Shown here one piece after another: positions 37,656-47,628 of a stretch of DNA of 64,000 nt. Each line of letters starts with the position of its first letter. Position 1 is the stretch's first letter. Both the position numbers and the translations under genes were made by a program. The notes below the pieces were generated by a model. The model was not told where the DNA came from and made no database searches. It worked only from the letters and a program-made list of their open reading frames with translations. Origin of the DNA: a virus (Duplodnaviria > Caudoviricetes); IMG/VR virus record IMGVR_UViG_3300005662_000030, positions 23,769 through 87,768 of that record; one strand, given 5' to 3'.

Positions 37656-39880
37656 CAATAAGCAATATTCAAAAAGAAAAATTTTTAAGCACCTTGTATA
37701 AAAACTTGTACTCAGCTGGCAATAAGCCTAAAGAGCAGGAAGTATTAGATTTCTTTTCAAAGTATTTTTCAAAATATCAACCAGGTGAACCACTGGATAT
37801 TAACGCTCAGTTATTTAGGCAATTGACATTTGGCAATGTAGAAATCTTTAATCAAAAGATGCTGCACACTTTGTTTAATATAGAAACTTTATATGATTCA
37901 ATTTTTGAAAACTCTGATGATATGTTGTCTGTAGCCACGGCTTTAAATAAAAGATTGGAAAATCTTAAAGCCAAAAGAATAGCTTTAGAAAACAAAGTAG
38001 ATGATTTAATTTTTGCTAATCAAAATTCAGAAGGATATTTTTCTGCGTATTCAGATAGTTTTTCTTCTACTTCTGGAACAGATCTTAATTATACAGATAC
38101 TTTTATTGATACCGTAAACGGAAAAATATCTCTTCCAACCTTGAAGTCTTCTGTGTTCGATCTTTTGTCAACTAGTTCGGTGGTCGCCAGCGCTCCAACT
38201 TATTCTTTAAGTTTTAATAGAACACAGATAGATACTAACAAGCAATTTTCTGATGATTCTTTTTTTGGATCAGTTTTTGACGGACTTGATAATACTGAAT
38301 GGCAAAAAATATTTTATTTTGACACTATTGGTTTAGTTAGTTTTTCCATTAATCTTCCAATAGCTAAAAACGTAATTCTTTCTAGAATTGAGGGAAGATT
38401 AAATACTATTTCTCCAACTGAAATTTATGTAAAAATAAATTACGTAGATCAAAATAAGATTTCAGAAGTTATGAACAAAAAGTCTACTAAAGATTATGAT
38501 AGATTTTCTTTTAGTTTTGAACCAGGAAATGTTGGTTCTATAGATCTTTATTTAGTTAAAAGTGAACCAGATATTGTTGAGCAATCAAGGGTAAATAAGT
38601 ATGGTTATAGATATGGAATTAGGGATATAGCAATTAGTGGACAGTATTACGATAAGACTGGATCGTTTGTTTCTACTCCAATTTCTCTTAACTCAAATGA
38701 TAATTCCAATCTTGTCATCGATGCGGTATCTGTAGATGTAACCGAATCAATTAGTCAGGGTGGAACAATAAATTATTTTGTAGCAGAAGACAATCCATCG
38801 GCGCAATCAATATCTGATTTTTCATGGACACCGATCACTCCAGAAGGTAACGCTCTAAATTCATTTGCAACTACAGTAGGATTCTCTGGGTCTTTATTGA
38901 AGTCTTTAAAAATACTTGATAGCACTGACGGTATCAGTAACGCAATTAAGAAGATACCAATGGTGGCAAAAACAGCATCAAAGAATCTTAATACGCAAAA
39001 TCCTATAGTTGATCTATATCCAAATCAAACAGTGTACAGAATTGCTGCGCTTGATAAAATAGAGAACCCAGTTAGTTCTTATATTCTCGAGGGTGTAAAT
39101 ACTATAAATGGAACATATATTAATTATCAAAATAGTATCTATAATGAAAAAGATGAATTAAGTACTTGGGGAAATATAATAAATGGCAAGTCTAGTGTAA
39201 GGCAAATTTTTACAATACCAAGCTATGAAATTACTAATAATTCATTATTCTTTAGCGGACCAAATTTGAATAGTATAAGCGTTCTGTTGGATACAAAGAT
39301 ATTCTGCACAACTGATATTACAATTAGACACTTGCTGACTAAGAATGATTCAGTATCAAAAGACTGGGATGTAGCAGTTTATTTAAATGGAAGAGCGACT
39401 GCAATTCCAGCAGGTGTTTCATCTGAAATGATTGAGTGGAATTTTAAAGCTGGCATTAACACCATTAAGGTGGCAATAGATATACAGGGCAGTGCAAACG
39501 GATCTATTAATTTAATGGATTCTAAATCTTTATTGGATTATGGTTTGGTTCATAGTCAATATTACGGTTATGTTGATTCATTGGAATTTAAGAATAATAG
39601 ATCTAAATACGATAAGGTGTTTACAATAGAAAATTTCTTTGGTAATAAGGAAATTTTCTGCAGGGATAATATTAGGGCTAATTCTAGACTCTTTTTCTAC
39701 TCCAATAACCCCGATGCGGTAACTTCAATTAGATTTAGGGCCGATTTAGTTAGGGGTAAAAATCCACTAGCTTCACCAACTATTGATTATTTTAAAATAA
39801 AATTTAAAAATTCAGAGAACTATAGCGACATCTCGGTAAGCGGATTGTCTACTACTAATTCATCCACAAGCGAACTATAA
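37652..39880 (+). CDS. Virion structural protein (742 aa)
   Basis: ATGA overlap with the upstream gene; coiled-coil-like N-terminal segment and beta-rich body, similar in style to its neighbours. Confidence 0.55.
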   Translation: MTISNIQKEKFLSTLYKNLYSAGNKPKEQEVLDFFSKYFSKYQPGEPLDINAQLFRQLTFGNVEIFNQKMLHTLFNIETLYDSIFENSDDMLSVATALNKRLENLKAKRIALENKVDDLIFANQNSEGYFSAYSDSFSSTSGTDLNYTDTFIDTVNGKISLPTLKSSVFDLLSTSSVVASAPTYSLSFNRTQIDTNKQFSDDSFFGSVFDGLDNTEWQKIFYFDTIGLVSFSINLPIAKNVILSRIEGRLNTISPTEIYVKINYVDQNKISEVMNKKSTKDYDRFSFSFEPGNVGSIDLYLVKSEPDIVEQSRVNKYGYRYGIRDIAISGQYYDKTGSFVSTPISLNSNDNSNLVIDAVSVDVTESISQGGTINYFVAEDNPSAQSISDFSWTPITPEGNALNSFATTVGFSGSLLKSLKILDSTDGISNAIKKIPMVAKTASKNLNTQNPIVDLYPNQTVYRIAALDKIENPVSSYILEGVNTINGTYINYQNSIYNEKDELSTWGNIINGKSSVRQIFTIPSYEITNNSLFFSGPNLNSISVLLDTKIFCTTDITIRHLLTKNDSVSKDWDVAVYLNGRATAIPAGVSSEMIEWNFKAGINTIKVAIDIQGSANGSINLMDSKSLLDYGLVHSQYYGYVDSLEFKNNRSKYDKVFTIENFFGNKEIFCRDNIRANSRLFFYSNNPDAVTSIRFRADLVRGKNPLASPTIDYFKIKFKNSENYSDISVSGLSTTNSSTSEL

Positions 39881-39910
39881 GCTGTACTATAAGTCTATAC
39901 AGGAGAAACT

Positions 39911-40324
39911 ATGTCAATAAGCTATTCAAATCCTACAGCTAAAAAGATCGTTAGGGAGCCTTTAGTTAAGAGGTTTAGATCATACTATAGGTCCCCAAGA
40001 AAAAGTAACATTGAAAATCTATTTAATGATAAAATATTTATGGATATAAATAGAATATATTTAGAATTAGAGCTTATAAATACTTCTATTTTAAATAAAG
40101 TAAAAATATTTTTAGGCGCAGAAAAAGATGATACTCATGAAATGATTAACAATCAGGAAACAGAATACTACGCTAGGGTGTATGATCTAGCGGCAGATTC
40201 GATAAGTCTTTATGACTTCAATGCAGATGATACAATAGAATATGTAGAAACAATGGATACTATAGGTGGAAGTCTTTCGAGATTATTTTATAAAATTAAT
40301 AAGTTAGAGAAACAGACTGGGTGA
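39911..40324 (+). CDS. Hypothetical structural-module protein (137 aa)
   Basis: AGGAG ribosome-binding site, intact ORF. Confidence 0.55.
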   Translation: MSISYSNPTAKKIVREPLVKRFRSYYRSPRKSNIENLFNDKIFMDINRIYLELELINTSILNKVKIFLGAEKDDTHEMINNQETEYYARVYDLAADSISLYDFNADDTIEYVETMDTIGGSLSRLFYKINKLEKQTG

Positions 40325-40334
40325 GTTGATTAAA

Positions 40335-41600
40335 ATGTCAGATTATTTAAATACAGAAAATAAGACCATACAATATAATGGTCCTGTAAGTAGTTCAGAT
40401 TTTAATTTAAGAGCTGAACAAAACTATCAAGACTTAGTTCACCTCTATAATAGATCTGGTGTTCTTGACCAACAATTAAATCAAGCCTTTGAAAGAGTAC
40501 TAAAAGACCATCTATTTATATCTAAGGCTATAGCAGACTTGGAAGATAGAGTTAAGGCCATGGAGTACAATGTAGACTCTCCATATAAGAAGCTGTCTAT
40601 CTATAGTTATTCTCAAATTGATGTTGGTAGCTTTGTATCTACGGATTTTGCACTGACGAGCACCGATGCCTTAAGTTTTGATCATGTTTACAATATAATA
40701 ACCCTACCTAAGGTAGACGGTTCTTCGTATTCTAAACTTAAATTTTTTACTGGTTTTGGAGATCAAGTAGTTCCAGATTTCCTAGAAACAAAAATAGCAA
40801 ATGATTTCATTAGCGTAGATACCAATGGCGCAATGATAGATACAACACCTATGTTCCACGCACTATTGGATAGGTCTGATAGATTTTGGAAGCGTAACGT
40901 TATAGCCGATACTGCATCTGCAGCTGGGGCCCAGATGTATGCCTACTTTAAAGTACCTAACGCATATTCTGGTTCAGATACCTCAAATTACTTCTGCATG
41001 ACTCCATATCCATTATTCGGTGTTGACATTCTTTCTGTTGAGTATACCGCAAAAGATAATCCATCGATGGTAGAATCTGACGGTTGGACACCACTTAATT
41101 TTAATAGATTATATGACAATCAGAGCGACGCTATAGGTAGAGTTCCTCCTGGTGGTTGGTCTTTGTATGGAACAGACGCAATACTAAACTCTGGCCCAAT
41201 AGGATTCTACTTCCCGCCAATAAAAATCACGGCAATTAGAGTTAATATGAGACAAAGAAATTATATATCCGAAAACGGTAAAGCTGTATATACTTATGGT
41301 TTATCTGATCTAGATATGAGATCACAGAGATTCTTGGAAACTGGAAAAACGATAATCAAATTCACAGCTCCAGAAGGAACTTTCATCTACTCTGTAGATG
41401 AAGTTATGCCAAAGATGTATAATGTTCCAGAAGAGCTTATTTCTACAGCATTCAGTTACAGAGTTATCTGGAAGGATAGTGGAGTCTATACATTGGACGA
41501 AGTTCCAGGGTCTTCTTCGGTTTGGATAGAGGTAACCCTAAATCAACTGGGCGACGGAACAGCTCCAGTATTGTCAGACCTAATAGTCAATTATAGCTAA
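40335..41600 (+). CDS. Virion structural protein (~421 aa)
   Basis: Intact ORF; the N-terminal GPVSSSDFN segment resembles the EPPSSEKFN segment of the 35498 gene. Confidence 0.5.
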   Translation: MSDYLNTENKTIQYNGPVSSSDFNLRAEQNYQDLVHLYNRSGVLDQQLNQAFERVLKDHLFISKAIADLEDRVKAMEYNVDSPYKKLSIYSYSQIDVGSFVSTDFALTSTDALSFDHVYNIITLPKVDGSSYSKLKFFTGFGDQVVPDFLETKIANDFISVDTNGAMIDTTPMFHALLDRSDRFWKRNVIADTASAAGAQMYAYFKVPNAYSGSDTSNYFCMTPYPLFGVDILSVEYTAKDNPSMVESDGWTPLNFNRLYDNQSDAIGRVPPGGWSLYGTDAILNSGPIGFYFPPIKITAIRVNMRQRNYISENGKAVYTYGLSDLDMRSQRFLETGKTIIKFTAPEGTFIYSVDEVMPKMYNVPEELISTAFSYRVIWKDSGVYTLDEVPGSSSVWIEVTLNQLGDGTAPVLSDLIVNYS

Positions 41601-41631
41601 TTTTAATAGTTGATAAATAACTATTTCATTT

Positions 41632-41642
41632 TACTATAAATA
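41632..41642 (+). promoter_or_regulatory. Candidate late promoter (TACTATAAATA)
   Basis: Contains TATAAATA (the T4-type late promoter consensus) 30 nt upstream of gene 41672. TACTATAA also occurs at 39885-39892 upstream of gene 39911. Confidence 0.35.
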
Positions 41643-41671
41643 CCACAATAATCTTTTAAGGAGACTATAAA

Positions 41672-42265
41672 ATGGCAACTTACTACGTTGGCCCAAGGCC
41701 AGTACTCAAGGGACGCGACACCGTAAATATGGTGAACCCTTATAAGGGTACAGCAGGCACCTATTCGTACTACCCACTATTTGCAACCAGCCACGTTCTT
41801 GATGGCGCACCAGACAATAACCATGTCCCAGGTACTGGTAATCGTCCAAGCAGCCTTTTGATGTCGCAACTGTTTACAGGTTCAACTCTGTACTCAGCTA
41901 CAACTCCATTAGCAGGGACTTTCGCTGATGGCACTACAACATATGGCGGAATGAGATTCCGCCCTTATGAATACAAAGGTCTTTCTGGAACAAGAGCACT
42001 TGCAGGCGGCCATGCTAAGCGTAGCCTCTACTACGGTGCCTACAACAACGCTATATTTGACGGTGTTACATCGGCCGATGCTTTCGCAAACACTGGTCAT
42101 GCTAAGCGCGCTCTGTACTACAGTCTGTACAACAACTACACATTTGACGGTGTTGCTTCCGCAGAAGTAATGCCAGATGGATACGGCCAAGGTAACGAAA
42201 GAGGTGACTACGGTCGTGCTAAAGTTAACGAGTGGACTGGTGTTCCATCAGCACAAGCTCTCTAA
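41672..42265 (+). CDS. Hypothetical protein, probably highly expressed, with a 29-aa tandem repeat
   Basis: AAGGAG ribosome-binding site; repeat GHAKRSLYYGAYNNAIFDGVTSA / GHAKRALYYSLYNNYTFDGVASA; codon usage richer in C-ending and CGT/GGT codons than neighbours. Confidence 0.7.
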   Translation: MATYYVGPRPVLKGRDTVNMVNPYKGTAGTYSYYPLFATSHVLDGAPDNNHVPGTGNRPSSLLMSQLFTGSTLYSATTPLAGTFADGTTTYGGMRFRPYEYKGLSGTRALAGGHAKRSLYYGAYNNAIFDGVTSADAFANTGHAKRALYYSLYNNYTFDGVASAEVMPDGYGQGNERGDYGRAKVNEWTGVPSAQAL

Positions 42266-42284
42266 TAAAAAAAGGAGGCACTAA

Positions 42285-42488
42285 ATGCCAGATCAGAAAT
42301 TGATTAAGGATGTAGTCGAAAGAGCACTTTGGACTGCAGCACAAACATTCATTGCTGTTTACACAGTTGGTGGAGTTGATCAAGCAAAGGCAGCAGCAAC
42401 AGCTGCAGCTGCAGCAGGACTCAGCGTTATCAAAGGTTTTGCAGCTACAAAAGTTGGAGAAAAAGATTCCGCAGCAACGCTAAAATAA
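42285..42488 (+). CDS. Holin (r1t-like, actinophage type)
   Basis: 67 aa, KDVVERALWTAAQTFIAV...AAAAAGLSVIK; two hydrophobic helices; AAGGAGG ribosome-binding site. Confidence 0.75.
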   Translation: MPDQKLIKDVVERALWTAAQTFIAVYTVGGVDQAKAAATAAAAAGLSVIKGFAATKVGEKDSAATLK

Positions 42489-42519
42489 GCGCCTAAGCAC
42501 TACATACAAATTTCCAAAC

Positions 42520-42528
42520 TGGTATACT
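42520..42528 (+). promoter_or_regulatory. Extended -10 promoter element (TG-G-TATACT)
   Basis: TGn + TATACT in the intergenic region after the holin. Confidence 0.45.
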
Positions 42529-42563
42529 TATCAGCACGGAAACCGACGCTCATATTGAGTGAG

Positions 42564-42606
42564 AATAAGAATCCCGCCCTCGCAAGGGGCGGGATACTTA
42601 TTTTAA
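42564..42606 (+). terminator. Intrinsic terminator-like hairpin
   Basis: AATAAG-A-ATCCCGCCCT / CGCAA / GGGGCGGGAT-A-CTTATT, followed by T residues. Confidence 0.75.
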
Positions 42607-42660
42607 TAGGTTGTTTATATAAGTTTTGGTAGTTTTGTCTAGAGTTAATGAGGATTATAA

Positions 42661-43365
42661 ATGTTTTTAGATCAGTTGAATACGGTGGTTAGAGATAAAG
42701 CACTACCGTTAGATGTTGCCGAAAAATATCTTAACCTGTATATAGGTGAAGCTGATTGGAAAACGCATATTTCTAAGTTGTGGATGAATTTTGAAAACAA
42801 GAATAAGAACGTAGACATAAGCAAAGAGGATATTAAGAGAGCTATATCCTGCACGATGTTGCTGCCGACAATGGAAAAAACAAACATCCCTGATCCAGCT
42901 CATTTAATTCTTTTCTGGTGCCCTACGTGGAATCAATACAAAGAGAGGGATTGGTTTTCTTTATTTTTAGAAATAGTTAAAAAAGATTTATATATCCAAA
43001 CCAATCAAAAAGAGTTACTATCGATTGGCATCATAGATCCGATTGATTACTCTCCATTAACTAGACAGAGTTTTAATTGGCTATACACCCAAGCTGAACA
43101 AAATGGAGATCTAAACGAAAAGAATAAAGATTTAGTAATAAAAAAAATGCAAAATCTGGTAAGAATATACGGCGGTGCTGTTATATCAAATGTCTTTCAA
43201 AACCACAAAAGTGTGGTAGAGAAAGTATTTAACTGGAGAAGTGGATACTTTTTCGAAAGAGAAATATATAACGTGTATACTTTTGAGCAGATAAAAAAGA
43301 TAAAGAAAACAGAAATAGAAAAGTTAAATCCAAAATACGTAAAGACTTTAGCACTGAGTAAATAA
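42661..43365 (+). CDS. Hypothetical protein (234 aa)
   Basis: GAGG ribosome-binding site; intact ORF; no motif recognised. Confidence 0.65.
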   Translation: MFLDQLNTVVRDKALPLDVAEKYLNLYIGEADWKTHISKLWMNFENKNKNVDISKEDIKRAISCTMLLPTMEKTNIPDPAHLILFWCPTWNQYKERDWFSLFLEIVKKDLYIQTNQKELLSIGIIDPIDYSPLTRQSFNWLYTQAEQNGDLNEKNKDLVIKKMQNLVRIYGGAVISNVFQNHKSVVEKVFNWRSGYFFEREIYNVYTFEQIKKIKKTEIEKLNPKYVKTLALSK

Positions 43366-43374
43366 GGAGACAGT

Positions 43375-45468
43375 ATGTCAGAAGAAATTGAAAACGGAAA
43401 TCCAGACCTAACACCGATTGCTAGTAAGCAGTCGTCTATGTTCTCATTCAAATTAACTGATGAGTTCATAGAGTCATATAAAAATAAGTTTGCACCCTTT
43501 GGGTACAGAGATGCTGGTGGGAATTCTGTTGGAGAGATAACTTTTCTTCGTACATATTCAAGATTAAAAGAAGACGGCACTAAAGAAACTTGGTCCGATG
43601 TTTGCGAGAGAGTTATCAATGGAATGTACTCTCTTCAAAAAGATCACTGCAAGAAGAATCGTCTACCTTGGAATGATGCTCGAGCTCAAGCAAGCGCAAA
43701 GGAAGCATTTGACAGATTGTTTAATCTAAAGTGGACTCCTCCTGGTCGTGGTCTTTGGGCTATGGGAACTAACATAGTAAACATTCAAAAGAATTCAGCA
43801 GCTCTACAAAACTGCGCATTTGTTTCTACTGGAGAAATGAATAAGTTTAACCCAGCAAAACCCTTTGCATTTCTAATGGAAGCATCGATGCTTGGTGTTG
43901 GTGTGGGATTTGATGACAAGGGAGCAGATAAAGATTTTGCTATCTACGAACCAAAAGAATCAACCACATATATAATTCCTGATACCAGAGAAGGTTGGGT
44001 TGAATCAATGGCCCTTCTCTTAAACTCATATTTAAAGGAGAATCAACCTACATACTTGTTTGATTACTCGTTAATTCGTCCAAATGGTACACCAATTAAA
44101 ACATTTGGTGGTGTAGCTGCTGGTCATGAGCCGTTAGAAAAACTCCATAACCATATAAGAAAAATGTTTACTGGACGTAAGGGCGACAAACTTACACGTG
44201 TAGACATAGCAGATATCGGAAACGTTATTGGCGTTTGTGTAGTTTCTGGAAACGTACGTCGTTCAGCTGAGTTGTTAATTGGCCGTTTAGATGATCAAGA
44301 TTTCTTAAACTTAAAAAATTCAGAACGCTTTCCTGAACGCAACTCATATGATTCATCTGCTCCAGGTTGGGGTTGGATGTCTAACAACTCTGTAGAAACA
44401 GTAGTTGGCGCAGACTTATCTTCCATAGTAGAAGGCATCTCCCTTAATGGAGAGCCTGGTGTTCTTTGGATGGATATGTCCCGTAAGTACGGACGTCTAG
44501 CTGATCCGCCAAATAACAAAGATCACAGAGTGGCAGGCTACAACCCATGCGCTGAGCAGTCACTGGAATCATATGAGTGTTGCACCTTGGTGGAGACATA
44601 TCTCAATCGTCACGACAGCCTAGAGGACTATAAGCGTACTCTAAAGTTCGCATACCTCTATGCTAAGACTGTTACGCTCCTTCCTACGCACTGGGAAGAG
44701 ACTAACGCAATCATGCAACGCAATCGTCGCATCGGTGCATCAATGTCTGGTGTTGCAAACTTCGCTGATCGTGTTGGAGTTCCAGCTCTTCGTGAATGGA
44801 TGGATCAGGGATATAAAACTATTCAACGTTATGACAATGTCTACTCAGAATGGTTAGGTATTCGTGAGTCAATCAAGATGACAACAATTAAACCATCTGG
44901 AACTGTATCTATTCTTGCTGGTGAATCACCTGGCGTACACTGGACACCAGGTGGCAAATACTTTAATAGAACTATTAGATTCTCTAACGAGGATCCGATG
45001 TTACCACTATTTAGAATGGCCAACTACAGAGTTGAACCAGCTTCCGAATCTCCAAATACAACTTCTGTTGTATATTTCCCAATTAAATCAGATGCTGAAA
45101 GAGCTGAGAAAGATGTTACAATCTTTGAAAAAATGTCTTTAGCTGCTACCGCACAACGCTATTGGTCGGATAATTCTGTATCTGTAACAATATCTTTTAA
45201 TAAAGACACTGAGGCAGAACATGTCGGAACCGTATTGCATATGTATGATGGACAACTTAAGACGGTATCTTTCTTACCAAGTGGCAACGATACGTATCCA
45301 CAAATGCCATACACTCAAATAACAGAAGAAGAATATACGGAAGCTTCGACATCGTTGTTCCCGATAGATTTAACTGGAGTATATGCTGGTATGGCTGCCG
45401 ATGCAATTGGTGAAAGTTACTGCACAACAGACGCTTGTGAAATTAAGTTTATAAAAAATAATCAATAA
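43375..45468 (+). CDS. nrdJ: Class II (adenosylcobalamin-dependent) ribonucleotide reductase, monomeric type
   Basis: TFLRTYSR, PPGRGLW, LQNCAF, GNVRRSA, GYNPCAEQ, TTIKPSGTVS, and C-terminal YCTTDAC. Confidence 0.93.
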   Translation: MSEEIENGNPDLTPIASKQSSMFSFKLTDEFIESYKNKFAPFGYRDAGGNSVGEITFLRTYSRLKEDGTKETWSDVCERVINGMYSLQKDHCKKNRLPWNDARAQASAKEAFDRLFNLKWTPPGRGLWAMGTNIVNIQKNSAALQNCAFVSTGEMNKFNPAKPFAFLMEASMLGVGVGFDDKGADKDFAIYEPKESTTYIIPDTREGWVESMALLLNSYLKENQPTYLFDYSLIRPNGTPIKTFGGVAAGHEPLEKLHNHIRKMFTGRKGDKLTRVDIADIGNVIGVCVVSGNVRRSAELLIGRLDDQDFLNLKNSERFPERNSYDSSAPGWGWMSNNSVETVVGADLSSIVEGISLNGEPGVLWMDMSRKYGRLADPPNNKDHRVAGYNPCAEQSLESYECCTLVETYLNRHDSLEDYKRTLKFAYLYAKTVTLLPTHWEETNAIMQRNRRIGASMSGVANFADRVGVPALREWMDQGYKTIQRYDNVYSEWLGIRESIKMTTIKPSGTVSILAGESPGVHWTPGGKYFNRTIRFSNEDPMLPLFRMANYRVEPASESPNTTSVVYFPIKSDAERAEKDVTIFEKMSLAATAQRYWSDNSVSVTISFNKDTEAEHVGTVLHMYDGQLKTVSFLPSGNDTYPQMPYTQITEEEYTEASTSLFPIDLTGVYAGMAADAIGESYCTTDACEIKFIKNNQ

Positions 45469-45486
45469 TTAGCACAGTGGAGCAAT

Positions 45487-46396
45487 ATGTTAAACATTGG
45501 TATTTCATATAAAAATATTACTTTAGATGAAATACTTAAAGATAGTGATTTTTATGCAGACCAATTATTAAAAAAGAAAGTAATAATTTTTCGCGGAATA
45601 GAAATAACACACGAAGAACATTACCAACTTATTAATATTCTTTATGATGGTGGCATAAATAAAAAGATAGATCCAAATACTGGAGACCATATTAAACAAT
45701 CTGATCTCGTGGGTATTGGCACAGAAAACCCGCGGAGATAAATTTACAATTTTTATTTCAAAACCAGGAGAAGGTTATGATAATCATAGTGCACATATTA
45801 TTCCAAAAAGAAATCATGATAAGTTAAGTTCTAGCTTTCTTTTGGAAAACCCTGAGTATTTTTTTAAATGGAGTGTTCATGTAGATACTCCACTAACTAA
45901 TACTGGGCAGTGTGTTAACAATTTGCAATCATACACTAGTATGTACATGATTAACTTTGAGTATCCAGAAAGCGTTGGTTGTACAAAATTTCTTAGCTTA
46001 ATAGATTTATATAATAATTGTCCTATTGAATTTAAAGAAAAGCTTATTGGTTCCACTATTGAAGAGTGGAAAAGCAATGAAACACAGTTACTTAATTTAT
46101 GGCAGCCATTTCATCTACATCCGATCACACAAGAAAAGATAATGTTTTGGCCTTCTTGGTGGGTAAAGCTTCACGGTAAGGAGGAACCATGGTTCGATGA
46201 TCTAATTAACTGGGTAAGATTATATCTTTCTGATAAAGACAATTGGTTTAGATGGTCGTGGAAAAAGGGAGATTTTCTGATGTTTGATAATCGTTCGTTA
46301 GTTCATTCATTTGAAAACGGCTGGGATCCCAATAAGCGAGTATTCTCACAAGGTGGGATTTCTGGTAAACCCCCTATCGAATTAAAGGTTATTTAA
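45487..46396 (+). CDS. TauD/TfdA-like Fe(II)/2-oxoglutarate dioxygenase (~302 aa); +1 shift at CGGA 45733-45736
   Basis: The N-terminal KKKVIIFRG lies in ORF 45487..45741. HxD (SVHVDT) and WKKGDFLMFDNRSLVH lie in ORF 45716..46396. Confidence 0.7.
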
Positions 46397-46402
46397 TATA
46401 TT

Positions 46403-46762
46403 ATGTCAGATGACAAAAATTTTGATAAAATATTTTCAGAGATAACATCAAGAGAAAATATAGGAGACATGCCTGGAGTTATTAATCCCTTGGCGCTTAA
46501 CAACGCCAGGGATTACTCCTTGTTTATGGCTGAATTAATAACTGCAGTTCAGGAAATAAACTTAATAATAGTCAACCTAACTGAACATTCTGATGAACCG
46601 TTTGAAATTCCAACAGAAGTAGTAACAATTTTGGAATCTTTATATTCTAAGGCTAGAGATTTTAATAACTATATGATAAACTTGGATCAAGACGATATTG
46701 GTTATTTTATATACATAGACGATGAAGAAGAAGATGACAACTATGACAACGATTCAGAATGA
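46403..46762 (+). CDS. Hypothetical protein with acidic C-terminus
   Basis: Intact 119-aa ORF. Confidence 0.6.
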   Translation: MSDDKNFDKIFSEITSRENIGDMPGVINPLALNNARDYSLFMAELITAVQEINLIIVNLTEHSDEPFEIPTEVVTILESLYSKARDFNNYMINLDQDDIGYFIYIDDEEEDDNYDNDSE

Positions 46763-47465
46763 AGAAGATAACACTAATTTTTTAAATGTTTTAGATAAAG
46801 GCTATGTTAGATTAGTCGACACTATGGGAAGCGATCTTTCCGTTGTCAATGCCGCAAGAGCATCTTTTGCCAAAGAATCTCAGGAACTCTCCGTGCAAGA
46901 CGCTAGGTTGATAGATTTTTTAGTTAGAGAAAATCACATGTCTCCCTTCAGACATGCTTTTTTAACATTTGAATTTAAAGCACCGCTTATGGTTGCTAGA
47001 CAACATTGGAAATACATAGTTGGTTCTGATCATACTATGGACGCGTGGAATGAATCTTCTAGAAGATATATAACCATGGATCCAGAATTTTATTTACCAA
47101 CCGCAGAACAATGGAGATTGGCTCCAGAGAACAAAAAGCAGGGTTCTGCTGGTTTAGCTGGGCCGTGGATAGGTTCAGTGTTGACTACTGAACTGATGCA
47201 GCTTATAAATAAATCTGAGTCCCTATACAATATGGCAATGGAGCAAGGTATAGCCCCAGAGCAGGCAAGACTATTCTTGCCAGCCTATAGTATGTATGTA
47301 GTATATAGATGGTCATGCAGTCTACAGTCTGTTGCTCTTTTCTTAAATCAAAGATTGAGTGAAGATTCTCAAATAGAAATACAGGAATACGCAAAAGCTA
47401 TTTACTCTTTGTCAAAGGAAAAGTTCCCTGTGTCTATAGATAGACTGGTAGCATTGCATGTTTAA
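46743..47465 (+). CDS. thyX: FAD-dependent thymidylate synthase
   Basis: GYVRLVD, VNAARASF, HMSPFRH, VARQHWKY (variant of RHR), NESSRRY. Confidence 0.9.
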   Translation: MTTIQNEEDNTNFLNVLDKGYVRLVDTMGSDLSVVNAARASFAKESQELSVQDARLIDFLVRENHMSPFRHAFLTFEFKAPLMVARQHWKYIVGSDHTMDAWNESSRRYITMDPEFYLPTAEQWRLAPENKKQGSAGLAGPWIGSVLTTELMQLINKSESLYNMAMEQGIAPEQARLFLPAYSMYVVYRWSCSLQSVALFLNQRLSEDSQIEIQEYAKAIYSLSKEKFPVSIDRLVALHV

Positions 47466-47628
47466 AGATTTAATTATTTTAATATTATTTTCAATACTAA
47501 TTAATTGGATAACTAGTCTTCAAACCTTAAATCAATCTACTCAAGATAAAAATGTAAAAATAGTATCTATTTCTATGGCTATTTTTATGGGAGTTGTAGC
47601 TGGATTTATTTTACGTCTTTCTTTATGA
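47458..47628 (+). CDS. Small two-helix membrane protein (56 aa; not in ORF track)
   Basis: MFKDLIILILFSILINWITS...ISMAIFMGVVAGFILRLSL; its TGA overlaps the next ATG (ATGA). Confidence 0.6.
   Translation: MFKDLIILILFSILINWITSLQTLNQSTQDKNVKIVSISMAIFMGVVAGFILRLSL

Noticed and set aside
41605-41625. Inverted repeat AATAGTT/AACTATT after the structural operon as a terminator
   Set aside because: A 7-bp, almost all-AT stem is too weak to call in an AT-rich genome.
42533-42550. Resemblance of GCACGGAAACCGACGC to the c-di-GMP-I riboswitch
   Set aside because: It lacks the P2 hairpin, tetraloop and receptor elements and is too short; likely chance.
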